Shown: in pieces, positions 1 to 8,405 of the stretch
How positions within the stretch are numbered: the first letter of the stretch is position 1
How the letters are laid out: each line of letters starts with the position of its first letter
Source of the DNA: Macrostomum lignano
Lineage: Eukaryota
Length of the DNA: 64,000 nucleotides
Reading direction: 5' to 3'
Assembly: GCA_002269645.1 (NCBI GenBank)
Contig: NIVC01002217.1
Location: 11,765-75,764 of the forward strand
Made by a program: the position numbers and the translations under genes
The notes under the pieces: generated by a model
Database searches by the model: none
The model's input: only the letters and a program-made list of their open reading frames with translations
What the model was told of the DNA's origin: nothing

Positions 1-1070
1 TATCAGGAGGTGACCTGTCCATCCACTCTCCTAAGCTTGCGGGGCGCAGGATATTGATATGTATATGATGAGGCATTGAATTTGCATCCAAAGCTCATAA
101 GCAGCGGATGGAGGTACGCGGAAGGAACTTGAGACATGATGGAGACGGCGGTCCAGAAAGGAGAATGAAGGCGAATCCCGTGTGAAGCAGTGAACACTGA
201 GTTTGACCGATGTTGCCGCGCGAGATCTGCATGCAGCTTCCCCCCCCCCATTATTATCGTCGGGATGGAGGGATGGCAGCAGCTGACCTCCTGGGGATTT
301 AGGCTGGCTGCCAGTAGGCACAGTTGAGCAGGACTGTGATGGATATAATTCGGATTTCTCCATTCTCTCTCTCTTATCCCACCGGGAAGACTGAGTGTAC
401 GCAGGCAGAGAAATTCGGGTGGGCAAAATATAAAATATAACAGGCTGGAGAATCGAGCAGCAGATTTGCATGAAATGGCGCGGGAGCCTGAAGGAAGGGG
501 ATTAATGCTGAGTTCGCCGCCCCCCCCGTCAGCCTCCCTCTGATGCTGCCTGCCTCTCCCGCCAAAAGGAGGCCAAATGGAAAATAAAAGTATGCCACAG
601 CTGATGGCGCTTGCTGCTCCTGTCCTCCTGTATCCCAGACTTGTCTCCCGATCCATACCGATCCGTATTGATTTTTCAATTCTCCCCAACCGTTTCCACT
701 TCTGTTCAAAGCCCCGCTCTCCGCCTCTCCTTCTAGCTGGCTCAGTTCCTCCGCTTTCTCGATGCTCAAATTTTTTATATCCCATCTGTCCTGTTCCCTA
801 AGCTAGGGGCCTCGGCGCCTAAGGGTGCGCTCTGTGCTCAGGTTAATTAGACTCTGGCGGAAAGCCAAAAGCAGTCGGTCACGCGATTCGATAGCAAATC
901 TTCCCGAGTAGCAGCAAGAGTAGGACGCAACACCCGAATAAATTTACTGCATGGCTAAGTCTAGATAACAAGTCTTTAGTTTTTTAGCACTGAACTGCAC
1001 AATATTTCACCTGGACTTCGGAATTCCAAATTAAGCAAGCATGGGTATTTTTGCAGCAGGTTTCTCAAGA

Positions 1071-1176
1071 GGACAGGGCACTGAGGACTGTCACAGGAAG
1101 CACAGGGAACTGAGGACTGTCACAGGAAGCACAGGGCACTGAGGACTGTCACAGGAAGCACAGGGCACTGAGGACT
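1071..1176 (+). repeat. 29-bp minisatellite (GGCACTGAGGACTGTCACAGGAAGCACAG), left part of the array split by the LINE
   Basis: About 3.5 tandem units ending exactly at the LINE 3' junction. Confidence 0.95.
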
Positions 1177-1290
1177 TGACTTACTTGACTTAGCTGCAGG
1201 GGGCGTCCGGCGGATGCAGCGAGGAGGCGGAGGAGACCGCCCATTCCGCTAGCCCCTGGCGACCAACGACTTCCGTTGAAGTGGTGTCGC

Positions 1291-4200
1291 TCAGGGGGAC
1301 CCGTCGGTCTCGCCTGCAGCGCGGTCCTCCTCACCGACGGTGGGGAAGAAATCAGCTCGTCCGGTGTCCCTGAGGTACCGGGCGAGCAGTGGGATGCTCT
1401 CGGGCCTGCAAACGTCGGAGAGAACCGGGTTTGGCCCGAGGTGAGTAAGCCTGGCCCTGGTGAAAACCGGGCAGTGGCAGATAAAATGCTCGGCGTTTTC
1501 ACTGCCTGAGCGGCAGAAGGGGCACCGCTCCTCGGGTACTTGGCCCTGAAGGAAGCGGTGGCGAGAGAAGCAGCCATGCCCGGAGAGGGCCATGCTAACT
1601 GCTCTGAGGTCTCTGCGGTTGAGCCTGAGGAGGGCTCTACGCTGGAGAGGAGAGGGACAGGGGACGGCAGCACGGGATTGCCTACAATTCCGGGTGTCGT
1701 GCCACCTGCGGAGATGCTCGGAGTCAGCCCAGCGCTTAACGCGGGAATTGATCACCGAGGCGGGGATGGGGGCACCCGGGCCCGGCCCCAATAGCGCGCC
1801 GGCGGAGCCAGCCTTGGCCAGCAGGTCAGCGCGCTCGTTGCCGAGGAAGCCGGCGTGGCCCGGGATCCATCTGAGCTCCACCTGGTTGCCTAGCGCAAGC
1901 CCGTTGAGCTGGGTGTTGCAGTCCAGGACGGACCTGGAGCTGGCGGTGCTGCGGCAGAGGGCCCGAAGGGCTGCTTGGCTGTCAGAGTGAAAAATAAATT
2001 TCCGGCCGCTAAGCTGCCTTCGGCGCAGCTCTGCCGCGCAGGAGCTGATGGCAAGCACCTCGCTCTGAAAAACACTGGAGTTGAGCCCAGTGTGCTGGGA
2101 GTAGCTCCACACCACTTCTCCCTTGAAGAAGACGCAAGCTCCGAAGCCTGAAAGACCATGCCTCATAGAGCCGTCAGTGTAACAGTGGACTTCAGAGTCG
2201 CTCCAGCTGTCACTCGCCTCGTGTCGAGGCTGAATGGTGACCTTATACCTTTGGCTCAGGAGAAGGGTGGCTGGGATCGAGTCCGTGAGGATGTTGAGCC
2301 CGCCACACTCCTCGAGAGCCTTGAGGCAGAGGTCAGAGTGCGGGATAAGCGACCGCTTCTTAAAGGCCCGCACTTTCTTGAAGGCCACCCCAGCATCCAG
2401 AAGACGCCGGGTGCTCTTCGCCGCCTCTCCTTTGATATAAATATCCAAAGGAGGGGCGCAGAGGAAGGCATTCATGCCTTCAAAAGGAGTAGAGGGTGGA
2501 GCGCCCATAGTCATGCGGCAGGCTCTGCCCTGGATTTTGTAGAGAGCGTCGAGGTTGCTCTTGACGCTCAGGCCGCTAGCCCACACGAGGCTGGCGTAAC
2601 TGATCGAGGGGCGGATGATGGCAGTGTAAATCCACCACAGCTTCCTGGGGGTGAGCCCCCAGGTGGTGCCCACGGCGCGCCTGATCTGAGCCAGTACAGC
2701 CAGGGCTTTTTTGGCTTTAGTTTGAATGTGCGGAGTCCAGTTAAGCCTGTGGTCCAGAGTGAGGCCCAGGCAGCGGACCTGCTTCTCCATGGAAATATTC
2801 TTTCCATAGAGGGTGAGGGGCTTAATGGTCCAGAGCAGTTTGTTGGTAAACATGACTGCTGTGGTTTTCGACTCTGAGAGTCTAAGGCCACATTGGTCTG
2901 CCCAACGCTCCGCTCGTCCCAGAAAGCCCTGCAGAAGGTCTCTGATGGTATCAACCGAGGGGCCCGCGCATATCGCGGTCACATCATCGGCATAGCCCAC
3001 CTTGAGAATGGGGTCGTGGAGATCACTGCAAAGCAACTCATCCATGACCATGTTCCAGAGAACGGGGGTGAGAACGCCGCCCTGGGGGCCCCCTTTCAGG
3101 ACAGGCACCGAAAGAGAGCTGCCGCTCAGGTGGGCCACAACAGTGCGGTTTCGGATCATGAACATGATCCACCGGACAAGGTGAGGGTGCGTGGCCCTGG
3201 ATTCCAGGGCTCTGCAAAAGGCCTCGAAGATGACGTTGTCGAAGGCCCCCTCAATGTCCAGGAAAAGCGAGAGGGCAAAGCCGCTGCCAAGAACGGCCCT
3301 CTCCAGGAAGTCAACAATGACATGGAGAGCACTCTCGGTTGACCTGCCCGCGCGGAAGGCGTGCTGGTTCTGCGAGAGTGGGAAGCGCTTCAGCTCGACC
3401 GAAAGTAGGCGCCAAAGCACCAGTCTCTCGAGGAGCTTGAGGCAGAAAGAAGTGAGGCTGATAGGCCTGAAGGCCTTCACCGATTGGTAGTCGCTCTTTC
3501 CAGGCTTGGGGATAAAGACCACCCGGGCCTCTCTCCATGCAACTGGTACATAGCCCAGCTCCATACAAGCTCGAAGGAGACGACAGAGCAGGTCCAGGAA
3601 GCGGTGGTTTTTCACCGCCTCGTGCAAGAACGCTGGGTAGATGCCGTCGGGCCCAGGCGCCTTGAACGGGTTAAAGGACCTTGCCGCTCTAATAATGCGG
3701 TCTTTGGTGATCATAGACTTTGCTAGGCCTTGCCCTCCCACTGTGTGGTCGGGCGGGCCCTGCTGAGTCGGAGATTTAGGGAAAAAACTGTTGAGCATGA
3801 GCTCTAGAGTCTCTTCCGAACTCTCTGTGACCGAGCCGTCAGGTCTCTTCACAACAGAGAGTTTAGAAAAACGGTCATTAGTGAGTGCCTTAACCACGCG
3901 GGCTACGGGGCGAGAGCCCTCAAGCCCTTCGCAATATTGGCGCCACTTGGCCGTCTTGGCCCTTCTGACTTGGCCCTTAAACTCGTGGATCGCACGGGTA
4001 TAGGCCTCTCTGTCAGATGGGTCTTTGGTTTTGAGCGCTCGCCTTTGGAGGGTCCTGGCTCGGCGCCGAAGGGCCCCGAGCTCTGGGTTCCACCAGGGAG
4101 CAGATTTCTTGCCTTTATAGGCCTTTAGGGGGCAGGCTGCTTCAAAGGCAGTGGTGATCGCCCCGCCCAGGGAGGAGGCGAGATCGTCCACCACCTGGCA

Positions 4201-4995
4201 GTCAGAGAGGTCACTGGGGGGGTCAAGATCCCGAAGGCCGCGGCTCAGCTTCGAGCCAAAGGCGGCCCAATCGGTGTTTCTGACGTTCCGACTCCAAGTG
4301 ACCTTAGGCTTTTGCTTGGTCGGCCCAATGCAAAAGCGGATAAAGCGGTGGTCCGAGAGCGAGTCCTCGTCCCACACTCGCCAGCCCGTAACTGCGGAAA
4401 GCAGTCCGGGTGAGGCGATGGTGGTGTCGATGACTTCGGCCCACCGCCCATTATTGAACGTTGGTGCATTGCCCACGTTACAGAAGTTGAGGTTAGTGCT
4501 GCTGACATAGGCCAGCAGCTCCTCGCCTCTGCTATTGATGTTCTTGCTGCCCCAATGCAGGTGGTGTGCGTTCACATCCCCTGCAATGAGCAGCTCGAAC
4601 CGATGGGACGCAGCATAGTCAGTAAGGTTGACTAACGCGTCGCAGACAACTGGGGCATCGCCCGGGAAATAGGCAGAAGCTACCAGCACAGGTTTATTGG
4701 GAATGAGGTTATTGATTTGAACAACACAGATGTCCCCAGTCGAGAGATCAGGTCTCATCCATGCCTCAAAAGCTTTTGCAGCAAAGACCAGAGATCTTGG
4801 GCGAGGCTGAGAGCCCGCCATGCAAAAACAGTGGTAGCCAGATGGCACATTATTTGGCTTACCTTTAGTCATCCAGGGCTCCTGTACGAAGACCAGGCCC
4901 GGAAGCTGTTGCTCTGCCGTGCGCATCAGGTTGACCGACGCCGCCACGCAGTGCTGGGTGTTGATCTGCAGACACCAGGTAGTCGTTGGCATCAT
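1291..4995 (-). CDS. LINE ORF2 polyprotein: apurinic endonuclease + reverse transcriptase + RNase H + C-terminal CCHC-type zinc motif (1234 aa, intact)
   Basis: APE motifs CLQIN, FVQEP, SAYFP, GDVNAHH, IDTT, SDHRFI. RT motifs KAPGPDGI, FRPISL, FLDIEGAFD, GGPQGGVLTPVLW, YADD. RNase H motifs YTDGS, SEVLAI, SDSQ, WIPGHAG..GNERADLLAK. C-terminal CPFC..ENAEHFICHC. No stops over 3705 nt. Confidence 0.97.
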   Translation of the reverse strand: MMPTTTWCLQINTQHCVAASVNLMRTAEQQLPGLVFVQEPWMTKGKPNNVPSGYHCFCMAGSQPRPRSLVFAAKAFEAWMRPDLSTGDICVVQINNLIPNKPVLVASAYFPGDAPVVCDALVNLTDYAASHRFELLIAGDVNAHHLHWGSKNINSRGEELLAYVSSTNLNFCNVGNAPTFNNGRWAEVIDTTIASPGLLSAVTGWRVWDEDSLSDHRFIRFCIGPTKQKPKVTWSRNVRNTDWAAFGSKLSRGLRDLDPPSDLSDCQVVDDLASSLGGAITTAFEAACPLKAYKGKKSAPWWNPELGALRRRARTLQRRALKTKDPSDREAYTRAIHEFKGQVRRAKTAKWRQYCEGLEGSRPVARVVKALTNDRFSKLSVVKRPDGSVTESSEETLELMLNSFFPKSPTQQGPPDHTVGGQGLAKSMITKDRIIRAARSFNPFKAPGPDGIYPAFLHEAVKNHRFLDLLCRLLRACMELGYVPVAWREARVVFIPKPGKSDYQSVKAFRPISLTSFCLKLLERLVLWRLLSVELKRFPLSQNQHAFRAGRSTESALHVIVDFLERAVLGSGFALSLFLDIEGAFDNVIFEAFCRALESRATHPHLVRWIMFMIRNRTVVAHLSGSSLSVPVLKGGPQGGVLTPVLWNMVMDELLCSDLHDPILKVGYADDVTAICAGPSVDTIRDLLQGFLGRAERWADQCGLRLSESKTTAVMFTNKLLWTIKPLTLYGKNISMEKQVRCLGLTLDHRLNWTPHIQTKAKKALAVLAQIRRAVGTTWGLTPRKLWWIYTAIIRPSISYASLVWASGLSVKSNLDALYKIQGRACRMTMGAPPSTPFEGMNAFLCAPPLDIYIKGEAAKSTRRLLDAGVAFKKVRAFKKRSLIPHSDLCLKALEECGGLNILTDSIPATLLLSQRYKVTIQPRHEASDSWSDSEVHCYTDGSMRHGLSGFGACVFFKGEVVWSYSQHTGLNSSVFQSEVLAISSCAAELRRRQLSGRKFIFHSDSQAALRALCRSTASSRSVLDCNTQLNGLALGNQVELRWIPGHAGFLGNERADLLAKAGSAGALLGPGPGAPIPASVINSRVKRWADSEHLRRWHDTRNCRQSRAAVPCPSPLQRRALLRLNRRDLRAVSMALSGHGCFSRHRFLQGQVPEERCPFCRSGSENAEHFICHCPVFTRARLTHLGPNPVLSDVCRPESIPLLARYLRDTGRADFFPTVGEEDRAAGETDGSP

Positions 4996-5044
4996 TGCAG
5001 ATCGGATGTTGCAGCCGCCAGGAGTTCCTCCTCCTCCTCGGCGC

Positions 5045-6706
5045 TCACCGGCTTCGGGTCGGGGTCGCCGGTGTCCATGGGCTCTTCTTCAGCAAAAGGC
5101 CCCCGATTGGCCGGAAGGCAGTAGGCAGCGTTCGCCGCCCTTTGCCCACCATCCATGGGGTCCTCCGCCTCAGATTGGCCCAATGCCCTGGAGCAGCCAG
5201 CCGCCTGGGCAGGCGGGTCCGTCTCCAGTCGGCCCTGCCCGAGGGGTTGGGCCCAGCTGGGACGTCCCCACCCTCCCTGGACGAACTGGTGCGCCTAGGC
5301 GTCCCGGCGACCTCTCGCCTCAGCTGGGAGATTTTGGCGGTACGGACTGCCTCAGCTGCACGCTGGTACAGGCCGCGCCGCTTGGTGCTACGCGCCGGGC
5401 GTCGGTCGCCTCCGCCCTCAGCAGCGCGCTCAGCTTTGCCCGCGCGGCCGTGCTGCCGGGCAGGGCGGTTTGCTTTGGCAGTCTGAGCAGAGGCTTGCGC
5501 CTCGGCCCCGGCCGCCTCCGCATCCCGCCCGCCCTGCTCACTGCCACGGGGAGGGTCGGCCTCGTAGGAGCGGATGCGCAGCTTCCAAAGGCCGACGTTG
5601 ATGAAGCTGCCGTGTGGATAACGCCTCATCCAGGCGTCCGACAGCCCCAGGATGGCTGTGAAGCCAGTGCCGTCGGTGCGCTTAAGGGTGTCATGCACCA
5701 CTAGGCCCGCGGCGGGAAGCTCCCGGTTGACTGCTAGCAGTCCTTTCCGGAGCTCGTCAGCAGAGGTAACAACGCTCCTGGCCGGGACCCAGATTCGATG
5801 CCTCTTGGTCCGGGGGCGCTCGTCCTCTCTGCAGAAGGCTAGGTTGAGGTCCCAGCTCTGCTCGGGCAGCAGCTCAAGGAGCCGCCGACCCGAGTCAGCA
5901 TCACTGGGCCAAATGAGAAGGCACGAGTCCCTCGTCGCATTCGAATGAATGTTCAGAGGCGTGCCCTTCAGAGTTTGCTTCCACAGGAGGCCATCAACGG
6001 CACTTCTCACCTGCTTCAGCTGATCGGGAGACAGGCGCGCGTCCTTTCCCAGGATGACAACCGCCGGTTGCCTCTTTGCCGCATCAGCGTAGGAGGCCCA
6101 GGGGTCAGTGGAGCTTTCTTCAGGTGGGCTGTCCACCCTCCCGGCTGCATCGGCCTCCCTATCCTGGGCAGGGGCTTCCGTGGGCTCGAGGCCCTCTTCC
6201 GCCACCGCCCCAGACTGGGAAGCTTCCGCTGCCGCGGGCCATTGGCCCCTGGCACCGGTTTGGCTTCCGCCCTCCTTGGCCCGCCTCGCCTTGTTAAGTC
6301 GACGGCGGGCAGCTCCAGAGGTGGTGCTGCGTTTCTTAGCAGCTGGAGTAGCAGGTGTCTTCTCGGAGGCACCGCTCAGAGTTGGCTCCACGGGTCTCGC
6401 CGAGGCGTCCCCGATGGTAGCAGGTGGTATGGCCGAGGAGTCCACGGCCCCAGCCGAGGCCGGAGGCACTGTGTCATCCACAGCCGGTTTGTTACTTCGG
6501 TTAGAAGCCATTGGCTGGAAGTAAAAAGGTGGGACTTCCTGCAGAACACAGGCAAAGAGCCGCAAGGCCGCAACCCCAAACCAAGCGGCAGGCCCCCAAA
6601 AAGCAAAATACCACCCTGCGGGGGACCCAAAAGCGCAAGGGGAACCGTTAGCGACCAGACTACTCCCTGGCCAAGCGTCCATCAGCACGGAGTTACACTG
6701 GGACAT
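5045..6706 (-). CDS. LINE ORF1 (gag-like nucleic-acid-binding protein; resembles DUF4780-type ORF1 of LOA/Lian elements); C-terminus probably frameshifted
   Basis: 553-aa ORF directly upstream of ORF2. Contains basic SGAARRRLNKARRAK, then SYADAAK..VVIL and an RRM-like middle region, with no CCHC knuckles. Start may be ATG 6706 or ATG 6511. The acidic tail typical of ORF1 lies in another frame (5294-4992). Confidence 0.85.
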   Translation of the reverse strand: MSQCNSVLMDAWPGSSLVANGSPCAFGSPAGWYFAFWGPAAWFGVAALRLFACVLQEVPPFYFQPMASNRSNKPAVDDTVPPASAGAVDSSAIPPATIGDASARPVEPTLSGASEKTPATPAAKKRSTTSGAARRRLNKARRAKEGGSQTGARGQWPAAAEASQSGAVAEEGLEPTEAPAQDREADAAGRVDSPPEESSTDPWASYADAAKRQPAVVILGKDARLSPDQLKQVRSAVDGLLWKQTLKGTPLNIHSNATRDSCLLIWPSDADSGRRLLELLPEQSWDLNLAFCREDERPRTKRHRIWVPARSVVTSADELRKGLLAVNRELPAAGLVVHDTLKRTDGTGFTAILGLSDAWMRRYPHGSFINVGLWKLRIRSYEADPPRGSEQGGRDAEAAGAEAQASAQTAKANRPARQHGRAGKAERAAEGGGDRRPARSTKRRGLYQRAAEAVRTAKISQLRREVAGTPRRTSSSREGGDVPAGPNPSGRADWRRTRLPRRLAAPGHWANLRRRTPWMVGKGRRTLPTAFRPIGGLLLKKSPWTPATPTRSR

Positions 6707-6986
6707 TAGAGGGTGCGTTTATGGTCACACCAGGACCCGGCGCCAACGAATCAGCTCGGCAGGGCCCAAGGGGCCTGCCTTAACACCCACGGGACGAGTA
6801 CCCTTCGAAGTGCGCCTTGCAAGGTGAAAATCAGGAGACAGAGTCTCTTGAGCTATCAGCCCGCCAGGGGAGGCAGGTGTGAGCATCGCTGGCTGGGATA
6901 AAGGCCATACCAGTCTCATACTGCACAGATAGTTCACCACGCCATTACGTGCAGGACCCGGGGTCCTGGGGGCAACAGCCCCGGCA

Positions 6987-7670
6987 GGCACTGAGGACTG
7001 TCACAGGAAGCACAGGGCACTGAGGACTGTCACAGGAAGCACAGGGCACTGAGGACTGTCACAGGAAGGACAGGGCACTGAAGACTGTCACAGGAAGCAC
7101 AGGGCACTGAGGACTGTCACAGGAAGCTCAGGGCACTGAGGACTGTCACAGGAAGCACAGGGCACTGAGGACTGTCACAGGAAGGACAGGGCACTGAGGA
7201 CTGTCACAGGAAGCACAGGGCACTGAGGACTGTCACAGGAAGCACAGGGCACTGAGGACTGTCACAGGAAGGACAGGGCACTGAAGACTGTCACAGGAAG
7301 CACAGGGCACTGAGGACTGTCACAGGAAGCACAGGGCACTGAGGACTGTCACAGGAAGCACAGGGCACTGAGGACTGTCACAGGAAGCACAGGGCACTGA
7401 GGACTGTCACAGGAAGCACAGGGCACTGAGGACTGTCACAGGAAGGACAGGGCACTGAGGACTGTCACAGGAAGCACAGGGAATTGAAGACTGTCACAGG
7501 AATCACAGGGAACTGAGGACTGTCACAGGAATCACAGGGCACTGAGGACTGTCACAGGAAGCACAGGGCACTGAGGACTGTCACAGGAAGCTCAGGGCAC
7601 TGATGACTGTCACAGGAAGCACAGGGCACTGAGGACTGTCACAGGAAGCTCAGGGCACTGATGACTGTCA
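6987..7670 (+). repeat. 29-bp minisatellite, right part of the array split by the LINE
   Basis: About 23 tandem units of the same 29-mer, starting at the TSD. Confidence 0.95.
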
Positions 7671-8405
7671 GAAATAATCGGCCTTCCTTCTGCTTTATTT
7701 GTTCGTGATTATAAATAATCCCACGAATCCCAATTTAAGTCTGGTACAGAATTAAATTTCGAAGCCAGCTCGGTCACTAAAGAGTGGAGCCACTCAGCAT
7801 GGCCGCCCAGGTTTGTCCAAAGTATAACAGTCTGAGCTTCTGAGCTTTAATATTTCAGAGGCCGGGGTGCTGGCAGAGGGTGGGGTAAAGTGGCATCGGG
7901 CGTTAATTTTTTATCTCGTCTCCAGTGGAAGCCGCCCCGGTGCAAAGGCTCTGCTGGAGCTGGCGGAGAGCGTCTACCATGCCGTCATTCCCCCTTGCAG
8001 CTTCTCTTCCCCATCCCCAACCGTACTCCCCAATCCACCTCGGCGCTTCCCTCTTCCCTTTTCCTGCCTCGCCCGTGATCAGCTGAGGAAGGCGCACAGG
8101 GTCTGGGAAAAGCCACTCGGTGTGGATTGGGTCTCCGGCTGAAGTGGCCGTGGAGACGAACTGAAATAGAAGCAGTAGAGCCGGGAGAAAGCGAGTCGGC
8201 TCGTTTAGCGGATCGGCAATTTCAGCCCTCCAATTTATTTTCGAGTCTCCTTCGCTCTTGAAATTTATCTGCCCGAGGGCCCAGCGAGTCTCGAATCGAA
8301 TCAACCTCGGAGATCCCCAGCCGCCCCTGGAGTTTTTATTCATCCATTGGGAAATTGTAAAACATCTCCTACGGCTGTTAGACTGCAGCGCCACCTGTTG
8401 CGGCC

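Larger units (their letters stand above)
1177..6986 (-). mobile_element. Full-length non-LTR retrotransposon (LINE; LOA/Lian-like, I group), with 5' UTR, ORF1, ORF2, short 3' UTR and (TAAGTCAAG)n tail
   Basis: Bounded by a direct repeat GGCACTGAGGACT at 1164-1176 and 6987-6999 (13-bp TSD) inside a 29-bp minisatellite. The minus-strand 3' end reads TAAGTCAAG-TAAGTCA (1192-1177). Two long minus-strand ORFs with LINE domain order. Clade call rests on domain architecture and motif recall. Confidence 0.95.

Noticed and set aside
14-226. Possible coding exon on the minus strand (DLARQHRSNSVFTASHGIRLHSPFW...YQYPAPRK)
   Set aside because: It has a plausible acceptor at 227 and an open frame, but no recognisable family and no partner exon inside the window, so it cannot be supported.
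1276-6709. Plus-strand ORFs overlapping the LINE (e.g. 2158-2877, 4919-5704, 5945-6709)
   Set aside because: These are antisense shadows of GC-rich ORF1/ORF2 with no independent motifs.
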